Source: Candidatus Latescibacterota bacterium
GTDB taxonomy: Bacteria; Latescibacterota; CBDEFO01
DNA length: 64,000 nt
Direction of reading: 5' to 3'
Assembly: GCA_965237525.1 (NCBI GenBank)
Contig: CBDEFO010000003.1
Location: forward strand, 192,001-256,000
A program made the translations under genes and the position numbers. Shown in pieces: positions 9,770 through 20,826 of the stretch. Position 1 is the stretch's first letter, and every line of letters starts with the position of its first letter. The notes under the pieces were generated by a model that saw only the letters and a list, made by a program, of their open reading frames with translations, did not search any database and was not told the DNA's origin.

Positions 9770-10906
9770 TCAATTGGGGGTCGGGGACAAGGGAGGGGAA
9801 GCAGTGCCCTGTCTACTGTCTACTGGTTCATTGATCACATTATACATAGGATCACGCTCAGTTGGTTCACGTCCCGCCTCTGTTATCATATCTATCAACT
9901 GCTCACGCGTTAGTGCCTGTTCTTTTCGTCCATCCTCCGGACGCGTGATCTCGTACTCAACAATCGTCCCGTCTATGTCGTCAGACCCGTACCACAGTGA
10001 GAGCTGGGATACCTCGGGCGTCGTCATAATCCAGAACGACTTTACGTGATCAAAATTATCCAACATCAGACGGGCTAAAGCCACCTCCCTTAAATCCATA
10101 CATCCCGTCGGACCCGGAAGGTAGTCCAGCTCGGTGTTCTCAGGATGGAAGGAAAGTGGTATATAACTCAAAAATCCCCCTGTCTCGTCCTGAAGTTCCC
10201 GAAGTTTAATCAGATGCTCCACCTTTTCCTCAGGATACTCCATATGTCCGTAGAGTATCGTAGCGTTGGACTTCAATCCCACCTGATGCACAGAACGAGC
10301 CATACCGAGCCATTCGTCCGCCCCTATCTTCAGCGGAAAGAGCTCCTCATGCACGCGCTCTGTCATCACCTCTGCCCCCCCTCCGGGGACAGCGTCCATC
10401 CCCGCCTCTTTAAGCTCTAAGAGCGTCTCTTCCAGTGGTTTTTTGGCCACTCGCTCTATCTGGACGAGTTCCACCATTGTAAAGGCTTTCAGGTACGCAT
10501 CGGGCCGAATCTGTTTGATCGCCCTCAAAATATCCAGATAGTACTCGTACGGCAGTTTTGGATTGACACCTCCCACCATGTGTATCTCCCTGATAGGCAC
10601 GTCTATATGTTCTAATAGCGTGGCCTGAATCTCCTCTGGCGAAAGCGTATAGGCGTTTTCACCCTTCGGCACATCGTAGAACGAGCAGAACTTGCAGAAT
10701 TTGTTGCACACATTTGTGTAATTGAGATGTTGATTCCTGACGTAGTAAGCCCTGTTGCCGTTCTTCCGTTCCCGTACGATGTTAGCCAGATACCCGACGG
10801 CGCTTAAATCGTCCGACCTATAAAGCTGGGCACCGTCATCGAACGAAAGCCGCTCTCCCCCCATCACCTTTTTATATATATCCCCCAGTCCAGCCCCTTC
10901 TATCAT
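9770..10906 (-). CDS. mqnE: Aminofutalosine synthase (radical SAM)
   Basis: HLNYTNVCNKFCKFC, HVKSFWIM, DDIDGTIVE; likely start MIEGAG at 10906. Confidence 0.9.
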   Translation of the reverse strand: MIEGAGLGDIYKKVMGGERLSFDDGAQLYRSDDLSAVGYLANIVRERKNGNRAYYVRNQHLNYTNVCNKFCKFCSFYDVPKGENAYTLSPEEIQATLLEHIDVPIREIHMVGGVNPKLPYEYYLDILRAIKQIRPDAYLKAFTMVELVQIERVAKKPLEETLLELKEAGMDAVPGGGAEVMTERVHEELFPLKIGADEWLGMARSVHQVGLKSNATILYGHMEYPEEKVEHLIKLRELQDETGGFLSYIPLSFHPENTELDYLPGPTGCMDLREVALARLMLDNFDHVKSFWIMTTPEVSQLSLWYGSDDIDGTIVEYEITRPEDGRKEQALTREQLIDMITEAGREPTERDPMYNVINEPVDSRQGTASPPLSPTPN

Positions 10907-10929
10907 TCTTTCCCCGATTAAATCGGGGA

Positions 10930-12372
10930 TCAGATTCCCAGTTGTTCCCATATTTGATCTATCCTATCCTTTACCTCCCTGGACATTTCCATCACATCTG
11001 GCCACTCCCTCAGAAAACCCTCGTCCTTCCACTTCCTCGTAGCGTCAATGCCCATCTTCGTACCATAGTCCGGAAGCTGTGTCGCAAAGTCCAGAACGTC
11101 AGCGGGACCCTCGCTGAATACCACATCCCGCTTGGGATCAATATGAGTTCCGACCTTCCATACCACCTCCCTCAAGTCCTGAACATCGCAATCCTTATCC
11201 ACAACTATGATCACCTTTGTAAACATCAACTGTCCTAAACCCCACAGAGCATGCATCACCTTCTTGGCGTGTCCCGGGTATCTCTTGTCCATGGAGACTA
11301 TAGCCAGATTGTGGAAGATACCCTCTATAGGCAAATGCATGTCCACTATCTCCGGCACACTCGTTCTGACCAGCGGGAGGAAGAGCCGTTCTGTAGCCTT
11401 TCCCAGATAGCCATCCTCCATCGGAGGAGGTCCTACGATTATGGTCGGATATATGGGGTCACGCTTGTGCGTCACACAGGTCAGATGAAAGACTGGATAA
11501 TCGTCCTCCAACGAGTAGTACCCGGTGTGATCTCCGAAGGGACCCTCAAGTCTCCGCTCGCCTGGCTCCGTATATCCCTCGAACACGATCTGAGCGTTTG
11601 CAGGCACCTCTAAATCCACAGTCTTGCACTTTACAAGCTCCACTCGCTTCCTGCGCAGAAAACCGGCGAACATAAACTCATCTATCTCATCTGGCAGCGG
11701 CGCAGTCCCCGCGTAGATGGTAGCAGGGTCAGGCCCAAGGACAATTGCCACCTCAAGTCGCTGTCCCAACTCCTCTGCCACCCTGTAGTGTTGCGCTCCG
11801 CCCTTGTGCCTCTGCCAGTGCGCCCCGAGGGTGCGTTCGTCAAACACCTGAAACCTGTACATGCCCACATTGCGCGTGCCCAAGGTCGGATGCTTTGTAA
11901 TCACCTGAGGCAACGTAATATATCGTCCTCCATCTCCGGGCCAGCACTTGATGATAGGAAACTGGTCGAATGAGGGATTTTCGGTCTCAACCACCTCCTG
12001 ACATGCCCCTTTATTCACCGTCTTGGGGGCAAGATCGCCCAGACGCTTCAACTTGGGGAACATCTCCAGCTTTCCCATGAGCGTGGCGGGCACCTTCGGC
12101 TCCAGAAGCTCCTTTATCTCCCCGGCTATCGTCTCCAAACTGTCCGACTCCAGCGCCAGTACCATGCGCTCCATTGACCCAAACGTATTGATAAGCACAG
12201 GGACGCTGTGACCCTTCACGTTGGTAAACAAAAGAGCCGGCCCACCATTTTTGACCGTCCTATCCGCTATCTCACTGATCTCAAGCTCCGCGTCCACCTC
12301 CACGTCTATCACCTTTAGCTCATTTTTCTTTTTCAACGTCTCGACGAATTCGTTAAGATCTTTGTAAGCCAT
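10930..12372 (-). CDS. ubiD: UbiD-family menaquinone biosynthesis decarboxylase (MqnL-type)
   Basis: GGPALLF, RNVGMYR, EGPFGDHTGYY, KMGIDAT; start MAYKDL at 12372 with SD GGAGG. Confidence 0.95.
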   Translation of the reverse strand: MAYKDLNEFVETLKKKNELKVIDVEVDAELEISEIADRTVKNGGPALLFTNVKGHSVPVLINTFGSMERMVLALESDSLETIAGEIKELLEPKVPATLMGKLEMFPKLKRLGDLAPKTVNKGACQEVVETENPSFDQFPIIKCWPGDGGRYITLPQVITKHPTLGTRNVGMYRFQVFDERTLGAHWQRHKGGAQHYRVAEELGQRLEVAIVLGPDPATIYAGTAPLPDEIDEFMFAGFLRRKRVELVKCKTVDLEVPANAQIVFEGYTEPGERRLEGPFGDHTGYYSLEDDYPVFHLTCVTHKRDPIYPTIIVGPPPMEDGYLGKATERLFLPLVRTSVPEIVDMHLPIEGIFHNLAIVSMDKRYPGHAKKVMHALWGLGQLMFTKVIIVVDKDCDVQDLREVVWKVGTHIDPKRDVVFSEGPADVLDFATQLPDYGTKMGIDATRKWKDEGFLREWPDVMEMSREVKDRIDQIWEQLGI

Positions 12373-12415
12373 CTTTCCCTCCAAATACGGGTCCTGCTGA
12401 CTATCTACATAACCA

Positions 12416-12443
12416 AATATAACCATTTTAATCGGGTTGTCAA
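12416..12443 (-). promoter_or_regulatory. Putative sigma70 promoter of the mqn operon
   Basis: TTGACA-N16-TATATT on the minus strand. Confidence 0.5.
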
Positions 12444-12561
12444 TCTTTTGTATCTACTTTATGCAGATTGGGGATTGTCAGGTGTGCTGTTATAGCCATG
12501 AGAGGTAATCTCAAGCTTGTCCTCACGAAAGTGGGGAGCTGAACTAAATTGAGAATTTTTG

Positions 12562-12605
12562 TTGACATCTGTTTCATTTTCCCTTATCTTGTGACCTGTA
12601 TCACA
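12562..12605 (+). promoter_or_regulatory. Sigma70 promoter with an overlapping CRP/FNR-type box, copy 1
   Basis: TTGACA-N17-TATCTT; TGTGA-CCTGTA-TCACA at 12590-12605; near-duplicate at 46790-46833. Confidence 0.7.
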
Positions 12606-12792
12606 GTAAAGACACTTAGATTTTGTTATCTTTTCACAGTTATATGTAGGGCGCGGTTGTCTCGCCCTCTCGTATTGGATTTGGAAATATATTTACCCGC
12701 TAGATACAGAGGTGACACAAGTTAGCCTGGTTTTAGTGCAAATTTCATCAATCCAAAAGTTTCATTAACCCAAAAAAACAGGGGGCACTTAA

Positions 12793-14311
12793 AAGCCTTG
12801 TGAAAAACCCTTAGATTCAGAAAGTAGTATAGAACAAGCATTGATAAAGCAGTTCCGATGTATTATATTATGTTATTGATAATATTATACATGGAGGAAA
12901 CAATGACCCCACAAAAGCAGGAACAGACAAATCCGATGTTTCACTATTTTCAGATGGAGGATTTAGTTCCCGAGGATCATATCCTTCGTCAGATTGATGA
13001 GGCAGTTGATTTTTCATTTGTACGAGACGTTGTATCAGATTGTTATTGCCCTGACAATGGCAGACCCGGTATTGATCCTGAATTAGTTGTTCGAATGATC
13101 CTTATTGGCTATCTGTATAATTTGAGTGAGAATCGGCTCTGTCAGGAAGTGGGGATGCATGCGGCATATCGGTTGTTTTGTCATCAGACATTTGATGATG
13201 CGGTTCCGGATAGGAGCACGATCAACAAGCTTCGCAATCACAAGTGGGCATCCAGTGGGTTGTTTGAACGGATAATGCGTCAGGTAGTCCAGTGTTGCAT
13301 AGATGTCGGTCTTGTGAGCGGTAAACACCTTAGTGTCGACGGCACTCAGATACAAGCTGATGCTTCAGTGAAAAGTATTGAGCCGATAGAACCCCCTGTT
13401 TCTCTTGATGATTATCTCAAGGGAATCGGTTTTGAAGGTGATAAGACAAAGGGTAGGTCCGGGCATCCTCAGGATAAAGACTTTTATGGTGAAAAGTGGA
13501 CGAACCAAACACACCGTTCGACTACAGACCCCGACGCGCGCTTATACAGCAAATCGAAGGGCAAAGGGGCTTTTCTCTCGTTTATGGGCCATGATCTGAT
13601 CGACACAAAAAGCAGAGTAATCCTTGAGACTCAGGGCACGCAGGCGACAGGGACAGCAGAGCCCGAAAGTGCCCTTAAGATGGTAGATGACCTTGAAACA
13701 TAGACCATGCCCAAAGACATTCAGACACTTAGTGCCGATACCGGTTACGGTTCTGGTAATTTTATCGCTGATGTACTTGACCGGGGAATCATACCCCATA
13801 TTCCTCTGCGAGCCGATGAGAAGATTGAACCGATTCCTACATGGAAAAACAAGACAAATCCAGCACATATTCAGGCCGAACGGGATAGAAAAGTGCGAGA
13901 GGCGAAAGCCAGAAATCATGCACGGTCTATCTCATTAACAGCTGACTACAAACTCTCCCGGAGACTCCGTAAACGCAGTGAACATATCTTTGCTGAAGCC
14001 AGGCAACAACACGGTATGGGACGAGCCCGTTACAGAGGACTAGCCTCACTGAATGAACAGTTGAATCTTGTTGCAACAGTACAGAATCTCAAGAGGCTTG
14101 TATCTTTCATAAGAAGGGGGAAAGCGTCTATGTGTGCCCTGTCTGTCAAAGACAGTGCATCCTGTTCTTCAAACAGCTCCTATTCCTTGCTGACCAGAAC
14201 TCTGATAAGACTATTTTGCTTATTCCACAGCAAAACGATACGATATGCTTCTCTTTGACCCATAATCGGCGCTTCAGACGCTGCCTGGGACATAACTATT
14301 TCACAAGGCTT
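12793..14311 (+). mobile_element. IS1182-family insertion sequence, 1519 bp
   Basis: 13-bp TIR AAGCCTTGTGAAA / TTTCACAAGGCTT; TTAA duplicated at 12789-12792 and 14312-14315. Confidence 0.9.
12903..14258 (+). pseudogene. IS1182-family transposase with an in-frame TAG at 13701-13703
   Basis: LVPEDHILRQID, GRPGIDP, VDGTQIQADAS, STTDPDA, then in the same frame ADTGY, RKRSEHIFAE. Confidence 0.88.
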
Positions 14312-14343
14312 TTAAAGAATGAACCATAGGATTAGCAGCAGTT

Positions 14344-15465
14344 ATGAAAGTCTGCTTTACAACGTTCGACGACATAGAAAACGACGGGCGGGTCAACAGG
14401 GAGCTTTCGACTCTCAAGGGCTTAGACTACGATATGCACGTAATATGCGGAAGCGCTGTAGACTATAATAGTCAGCCTGAATCTCTCAAAGATTTAGCGG
14501 TGGAGAGGGTCTATCTGGGTACAAAGAGAGCGGGGAAGCTCAGATTTTTGAAGTTCTACTTGAAGACTCCTTTAAAAGCCATCAGAGCCAAAGCGGACAT
14601 CTATCACGCGCAGGAGCTCTACAGTCTGCCCGTAGCCTGGATCGGGGCGATTTTCAACAATGCTCCGTTGATCTACGACTCTCATGAGTATTATCCCGGC
14701 ATGCAATCTCTGGTCGCAAGACCCTTAGAACGCTCGGTATGGTCTCTTGTTGAGAGGATATTCATCAAAAGAGCACAAACGGTCATAACCGTCTCCGACG
14801 CCATATCCGAAAAACTGAGCAAAAGATACAGAATCCCTCCGCCTGTAGTGATCAGAAACTGTCATGAGAAAAAGGACGTCAAGAGGACTAATCTCCTAAG
14901 AGAAAGATTTTCCATAGGTGAGGATCGCAAGATACTCCTCTATCAGGGGATTATGTCCCGTGGGCGTGGCCTCTTTACCGTGCTCGAGAGCCTAAAACGT
15001 CTTCCACAATGCGCCTTCGTAGCCTTAGGCGATGGTCCACTTCTCAAGCAATTGGAGGAATACTCTCAACAACACGGACTATCGGACAGGACATTCTTCC
15101 CCGGCTGCGTCCCGGTGGAAGAACTCATAGACTACACTGCCTCAGCCGATATAGGACTATGCATAATCGAAAATGTGGGCTTTAGCTACTACAACTCACT
15201 CCCCAACAAACTGTTCGAATACATGATGGCGGGGATACCCACGGTCGCAAGCGATTTCCCCGAAATAGGGAAGATAGTGAAAGGGGAGGGGACAGGGCTT
15301 GTGGTAGATCCTGATGATCCTGATGCAATAGCAAAAGCGGTAACTCGACTCCTTTCGGACAGGGGTCTTTACGACGAACTTTCCGCCAATGCGCTCTCGG
15401 CCTCGAAGAGACACAACTGGGAAGAAGAATCTAAGAAGCTTGCCCAGCTTTACAGAGCTATCTGA
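14344..15465 (+). CDS. Glycosyltransferase family 4
   Basis: IYDSHEYY, YQG...RGL, SLPNKLFEYMMAGIP. Confidence 0.92.
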   Translation: MKVCFTTFDDIENDGRVNRELSTLKGLDYDMHVICGSAVDYNSQPESLKDLAVERVYLGTKRAGKLRFLKFYLKTPLKAIRAKADIYHAQELYSLPVAWIGAIFNNAPLIYDSHEYYPGMQSLVARPLERSVWSLVERIFIKRAQTVITVSDAISEKLSKRYRIPPPVVIRNCHEKKDVKRTNLLRERFSIGEDRKILLYQGIMSRGRGLFTVLESLKRLPQCAFVALGDGPLLKQLEEYSQQHGLSDRTFFPGCVPVEELIDYTASADIGLCIIENVGFSYYNSLPNKLFEYMMAGIPTVASDFPEIGKIVKGEGTGLVVDPDDPDAIAKAVTRLLSDRGLYDELSANALSASKRHNWEEESKKLAQLYRAI

Positions 15466-15474
15466 GGTAAATGT

Positions 15475-16800
15475 ATGAAAAGGGTACTCGTCGTAAGCTA
15501 CTACTTTCCCCCGATGGGGCTTTCAGGAGTCCAAAGGACCCAGAAGTTTGTAAAATATCTGTCCCAATTCGGATGGCTCCCCACAGTCCTGACCATATCC
15601 CGGGCAGAATACTTAGCCTTTGACCCGTCTCTTTTGGATGAATTGCCCGAAGAAGTGGAGATTTTGAGGACTGCTTCTGCAGATGTCCTAAGCTTGATGA
15701 GTCTGCTAACTAATAATAGACAAGATAAGCAGGGTGGAATCGGAGTTGTTCCATCAGAAAGAGTTAGAGGTCTCTTTCACATGATGAGCCAGTTCTTCTT
15801 CATACCCGACAACAAGATAGGGTGGCTCCCATTTGCGCTATCGAAGGGAAACCGACTCCTTTTGAACGAACACTTTGATCTCATCTACTCATCGGCTCCG
15901 CCTTACACTTGTCACCTTATAGCGTGCGTATTGAGATCCCTTCGAGGCGCCCCTTTAGTCCTGGATTTCAGGGATGACTGGACGCAGAATCAGTTTATTG
16001 TCTATCCCACTTTTGTCCATAAGATTGCAAACGGCATGCTCGAAAGAGAGGTTCTCCAGAGAGCCAGCGCCATAATTGCGACCAACGAACTGATGTCTTC
16101 TAACCTCCAAAGGAGACATCCCCTTATAAAATCCGAAAGATTCAAGGTCATAAGCCACGGCTTTGATCCTGATGACTTTGGGAGGGCTGACCGTATCGAA
16201 AAAAAGTGCGACCCCCCGATTGAATCTATCGAGGGCAGGAAATTTACCATCACTTACACAGGTAGTTTCTACGAGCGGATAACGCCACTGTATTTCCTCT
16301 TAGCCCTCAGAGAGATCCTGGACGAAAATCCTGATTTTGCCGACAAGATTAAGGCACTCTTTGTCGGGATGTTCAGAAAGGAGAACGAAGAATTAGTCCA
16401 GAAGCTCAAGCTTCAGGATATAGTAGAAGTAATCCCTTACGTCAAGCACAGAGAAAGCGTAAATTACCTTATGGAGTCAGATCTTCTGTGGATGATGGTG
16501 GGGAGAGGTAAACTCAGCGAGACCATATCTGCAGGCAAGCTCTACGAATACATAGGTTCCCGAAAGCCTATACTCGCCTGCGTCCCAAGAGGAGGAGTTG
16601 ACGCTCGGGTCGTCCGCTCCACAGGCAACGGTATGGTGGTCCCTCCCGATGACGTACAGGCTATTAAAGAAGCCCTGCTTTCATACTATAGTAAGTATGC
16701 AGACGGACAACTTAGGCTTACTCCCGTTCATATAATAGAGAAGTATGATAGGAAAAGGCTAACGGAAGAATTAGCCAGAATATTCGACAGCTGCATTTAA
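15475..16800 (+). CDS. Glycosyltransferase family 4
   Basis: VSYYFPP.GLSGVQR, LDFRDDW, GKLYEYIGS; contains a palindrome copy (CDPPIESIEG). Confidence 0.9.
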   Translation: MKRVLVVSYYFPPMGLSGVQRTQKFVKYLSQFGWLPTVLTISRAEYLAFDPSLLDELPEEVEILRTASADVLSLMSLLTNNRQDKQGGIGVVPSERVRGLFHMMSQFFFIPDNKIGWLPFALSKGNRLLLNEHFDLIYSSAPPYTCHLIACVLRSLRGAPLVLDFRDDWTQNQFIVYPTFVHKIANGMLEREVLQRASAIIATNELMSSNLQRRHPLIKSERFKVISHGFDPDDFGRADRIEKKCDPPIESIEGRKFTITYTGSFYERITPLYFLLALREILDENPDFADKIKALFVGMFRKENEELVQKLKLQDIVEVIPYVKHRESVNYLMESDLLWMMVGRGKLSETISAGKLYEYIGSRKPILACVPRGGVDARVVRSTGNGMVVPPDDVQAIKEALLSYYSKYADGQLRLTPVHIIEKYDRKRLTEELARIFDSCI

Positions 16801-16956
16801 CTATAAAAAGAGTAGACAGTAGGTAAGGAAAACGGTAGACGCAGACAAGCGTGTCTGCTCTGAAAATACCACAAATCGGGCGAACCACTTCGTGGCTTGT
16901 TGCCACATCTCCCTGTCCAATACCCCATAGGTTCGCCCCCACATAGGAGGGATTCC

Positions 16957-17922
16957 ATGAAGAGTTTGTTTCTACTGTTGTCTGCGGCGATGTTAGTTAG
17001 CTGTGCGGGCAAAAAGGCCGGGGTAACGGCTGTCAGCCAGAATATCTCCGTCCAGCTTAAATACATAATGCAGTTTGGATCTCCCGGAGGTGGGGTCGGC
17101 TCCTTCGTAGACGGAAGGGGCATATCTGTAGACAAATCCGGCAATGTCTACGTTGCTGACACTGGAGACAACAGGGTCCAGAAGTTCAACCCACAGGGGA
17201 AGCCTCTCAAACAGATAGGGGGATTCGGAGGGGAGGAGGAAGGACTTCGGGAGCCAACAGACGTATGGGCAAGGACCAGCCTGGAGATATACGTAGTGGA
17301 CTCCCAGAACAGAAGGATACAACAATACGACAGGTATTTAAGCACTATAGGGACGATTCAATTTCTCTCTGGCAACGGTCAGGGTGCACCAGCATTTAGC
17401 CTCCCTACGGGCGTAGCTGTCTCAAGACACGGCGACATCTATCTCACAGATCGAGGCAACGGCGTGGTCTATAGAATCGACTCGTTCGGGAAAGTAGAAC
17501 GAAGTTTCGGAGGATTTGGGTACGGAATCGGCGAGCTTAGTGGCCCCACAGGCGTCGCTGTGGACAGGGACGGGAACGTTTATGTCTGCGACACGGACAA
17601 CGACAGGATCGTAAAATTCGACTCGTTCGGCTCATTTGATCGATCTATAGGCAAAGGTGAGCTTTTCAGACCCCACGGTATAGACATCAGTCTTGACAAA
17701 TTGCTATTCATCGCCGACACGGATAACCACAGGATAGTCGTCTTCAACCGCAAAGGGAAAGTAGTTACAACTTTCGGAGCGCGCGGGGATGGACCTGCAT
17801 CGTTCGAGAGTCCTTTCGACCTGACATTAAGTGGGCAGGACATTCTCTATGTGATGGACACCGGGAACGGAAGGGTTCAGAAGTTGGAAATCCAAAGGAA
17901 GACTTTACATCCTTTGCAGTAG
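16957..17922 (+). CDS. NHL-repeat beta-propeller lipoprotein
   Basis: SD AGGAGG; lipobox LVSC; repeated VYVADTGDNRVQKF-type units. Confidence 0.88.
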   Translation: MKSLFLLLSAAMLVSCAGKKAGVTAVSQNISVQLKYIMQFGSPGGGVGSFVDGRGISVDKSGNVYVADTGDNRVQKFNPQGKPLKQIGGFGGEEEGLREPTDVWARTSLEIYVVDSQNRRIQQYDRYLSTIGTIQFLSGNGQGAPAFSLPTGVAVSRHGDIYLTDRGNGVVYRIDSFGKVERSFGGFGYGIGELSGPTGVAVDRDGNVYVCDTDNDRIVKFDSFGSFDRSIGKGELFRPHGIDISLDKLLFIADTDNHRIVVFNRKGKVVTTFGARGDGPASFESPFDLTLSGQDILYVMDTGNGRVQKLEIQRKTLHPLQ

Positions 17923-17977
17923 ACAGCATAGAGGGATGGGAGAGGTGCCCTGTATACTACCCGCTATCTACCGAAGT

Positions 17978-18517
17978 TCACAGTATCGTCTCCACAAAGC
18001 CTATGCTTTGGGGGTCCAGCTTGGTATAGTCCGGGATCTCGAAGCGGTCGCCGTCCACATCGATCAGTAAAAGACGGTGGTCGCCGAGCCAAAGGGCGCT
18101 ATCTTGCGTCCCTCTGATCACGAATTCTCGTCTCCCGCGGTCGGTCTCCACCTCCCAGTAGGAGGTGCCGAACTCGCTTCTGACCGAGTTGATTCTGTAG
18201 ACAGTGCTCGTCAGGTAGCGCTTCTCCAGTTCGTCCTGGATGATCTGATAGGACTCCTGGTCCAGTTCCGAAGGATCAGAGATCATACATATCTCCTGGT
18301 CCTTGATGTCCAGGATAGAGATGTGAGTGTCCGGCCGTGAGAGGGGCGATGCCAAGACTACTTTGACCCTGATGTACGTGCGGTCCTTCTCCAGCGTCAT
18401 ACACAGATCCCAGGCGGGCTGACGGAGGAGTCGAATGCTCTGAGGATCTACAGGCTTTCTGGGTCCTTCCTCCACACCGGGCTGGATGACTGTCTTTGCA
18501 ATTTTGTCTTCTGGCAT
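17978..18517 (-). CDS. DUF1854-like protein
   Basis: PLSRPD.HISI, WEVETDRG, LIDVDGDRFEIPD...LD; lies downstream of ABC exporters. Confidence 0.8.
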   Translation of the reverse strand: MPEDKIAKTVIQPGVEEGPRKPVDPQSIRLLRQPAWDLCMTLEKDRTYIRVKVVLASPLSRPDTHISILDIKDQEICMISDPSELDQESYQIIQDELEKRYLTSTVYRINSVRSEFGTSYWEVETDRGRREFVIRGTQDSALWLGDHRLLLIDVDGDRFEIPDYTKLDPQSIGFVETIL

Positions 18518-18576
18518 CTTTGGTTCTTTTGATATGATAAGTTGCCTTTGGGGGGCATGGGCAGGAGGTGTCCTGA

Positions 18577-20826
18577 CTACTGAGTTCTCTCTCCCGTCTG
18601 CTTGTTCGGATCGTCCTTGCCGCCGCCGACGGCTATGACTGCTGACGTTTCCTGCTGGGTCTTTATCATCCGATAAAAGATGCCCTCCTGAGCTATCAGT
18701 TCCTCGTGGCTTCCCACTTCCACCGCCTTTCCATCTTCCAATACGACCAGTCTATCTGCATATCTTAAGGTGCTTAACCTGTGAGCAATGGCAAATGTGG
18801 TCCTGCCTTCTACCAACCGCCTGACAGCCTGCTGTACCTGCTTTTCCGTCTCTGTGTCCACTGATGATGTAGCCTCGTCCAATATCAATATACGGGGATC
18901 GTGCAATATCGCACGGGCGATGGAAATTCGCTGTTTTTCTCCACCTGAGAGTCTGCCTCCCCGTTCTCCTACCTGTGTGTCGTATCCGTCGGGCTTTGCC
19001 ACTATGAAATCGTGTGCGTTGGCGGCTCTGGCGGCCTGGAATATCTCCTCAAAGGTCGCTTGTGGCCTGCTATAAGAGATATTCTCCGAAATTGTTCCGC
19101 TGAAGAGAAACGGTTCCTGAAGCACCATACCGATATGTTTTCTTAAATCCTCCAACTTTATGTCTTTGACGTCCACTCCGTCTATCTTCAGCGAGCCACC
19201 GTCCACGTCGTAGAATCGGCAGATCAGGTTGATCATAGTGGTCTTTCCCACACCTGATTTTCCCACCAGTCCTATCATCTCTCCCGGTTCTACGTTGAGG
19301 TCGATCTCCTTGAGCACTGGCTTGCTCTTGACGTACCCGAACGATGCCCTCTCAAATGTGATCCGACCCTCGATATTCGGCATCGGGCGGGCGTTCGGAT
19401 CGTTATACGGTTCGGGTTTCGAGTCGATAATCTCGAAGACCCGCTCAGCGCCGGAGAAGGCGTATGTCATCCAACTGTTCAGCTCCCCGAACCATTGAAG
19501 GGGATCGTATAGCATCCACAGATAACTGATAAAGGCGACGAGGCTCCCCAACTGGAACTTCTCATCTATGATGTCCATTCCTCCCACGTACCAGACTAAA
19601 AGGAGCCCGGCGCCGGTGCAGAAGTTCATAGTGGCGAAGAAGAGCACCCATACTCGTTCGGTGGTCACATCGATGTTGAAGAGGCTGTCGTTCCGATTGT
19701 GAAAGCGCCTCAGTTCTCTGGGTTCCTGTGCGAAGGCTTTGACCACGCGGATGCCCAAGAGCGTCTCCTGAAGGTGCGCTGTGAACTTTGCCCGGCGGAT
19801 CCAGGACTTGCGGAAGTACTTCAGGAGCCGTCTCCAGAAGAACCAGCCTCCGAAGATCAGGCAGGGGACGGGCAGAAGCACATATAGGGTCAGATGCCAG
19901 CTCATGTAGAACAGAAAGATCAGGATCCCGACCATCATCAAGGTGTTGTTTACGATGTAGGGGAGTCCGTTAATCAGGAACTCCTCCATGCTCTCCGTGT
20001 CGTTGGTGACCCGGGACATCAGGGATCCCACCTGCTTCTTGTCGTAGAACCTCAGGGACATCCTTTGGAGCTGTCGGTATAGGCGTCGCCGGATGTCCAC
20101 TGTCATTCGCCCGCCCAACCACACGGACAGCGACCAGTGCAGGATCTCTGTGATCCAGGTGAGCACTTTCAGACCCAAAAGTGCCAGTACAAGGTAAATC
20201 AACAGGGAAAAACTCCCCCGCGGCACCAGGACGTCGTCGATGATCCTCTTGACCAAAAGCGGGGGGGCCAGTCCGATTACGGTCATAAGGAGGCTGACCA
20301 GCACCATAGCGGCAGTCTGCACTTTGTACGGCACCAGGTACCCGGCTATGCGGCGCAGGGTAGCTATTTTACGGATACATGCGGGACATATTCCGTCGCG
20401 CTCTGGAAGGAGGCGTCCGCACCGCTCGCAGCGGGTTCGCTCCTGCTCAGTCGAGATGGAAAGCTCCTCTCCCTTTGCCAACTGCTGAATGCCCCGGGCT
20501 ACCTCGGCGAATTTATCGGCGTGCGCGCTGGAGTAGTAGAGAAAGTCCGTGGTATGGCCATTCTGGCTTATCTGTAAACATCCGCCGCCGATAAGGGCGT
20601 CTATCTTTGCTGAGCTGATGTCCTCAAGTGGGATCTGGGCTATTCCGTCGGTTCCATCGAAAGAAAACCTGAGCACTCGCCGGTCGGTCACTATCAGCCA
20701 GACAGATGCATACGTCCTGTCCTCCGCCACGTCTGTCTCCACGCTGATGCGGACCCGTTCCCCGTCACTCATAACCTCTTTGAATTTCTGCTCGATGCTC
20801 TCGGGCAACGGTTCCATGAAAGTCAT
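18577..20826 (-). CDS. ABC exporter (N-terminal PH-like + Cys4 + TMD + NBD)
   Basis: CERC...CPAC, GKSGVGKT, LSGGEKQR, ILDEATSSVD. Confidence 0.93.
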   Translation of the reverse strand: MTFMEPLPESIEQKFKEVMSDGERVRISVETDVAEDRTYASVWLIVTDRRVLRFSFDGTDGIAQIPLEDISSAKIDALIGGGCLQISQNGHTTDFLYYSSAHADKFAEVARGIQQLAKGEELSISTEQERTRCERCGRLLPERDGICPACIRKIATLRRIAGYLVPYKVQTAAMVLVSLLMTVIGLAPPLLVKRIIDDVLVPRGSFSLLIYLVLALLGLKVLTWITEILHWSLSVWLGGRMTVDIRRRLYRQLQRMSLRFYDKKQVGSLMSRVTNDTESMEEFLINGLPYIVNNTLMMVGILIFLFYMSWHLTLYVLLPVPCLIFGGWFFWRRLLKYFRKSWIRRAKFTAHLQETLLGIRVVKAFAQEPRELRRFHNRNDSLFNIDVTTERVWVLFFATMNFCTGAGLLLVWYVGGMDIIDEKFQLGSLVAFISYLWMLYDPLQWFGELNSWMTYAFSGAERVFEIIDSKPEPYNDPNARPMPNIEGRITFERASFGYVKSKPVLKEIDLNVEPGEMIGLVGKSGVGKTTMINLICRFYDVDGGSLKIDGVDVKDIKLEDLRKHIGMVLQEPFLFSGTISENISYSRPQATFEEIFQAARAANAHDFIVAKPDGYDTQVGERGGRLSGGEKQRISIARAILHDPRILILDEATSSVDTETEKQVQQAVRRLVEGRTTFAIAHRLSTLRYADRLVVLEDGKAVEVGSHEELIAQEGIFYRMIKTQQETSAVIAVGGGKDDPNKQTGERTQ

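Noticed and set aside
13701..13703. Pyrrolysine or programmed amber read-through in the IS1182 transposase
   Set aside because: No pyl genes in the window and TAG ends ordinary genes such as dprA; a nonsense mutation is simpler.
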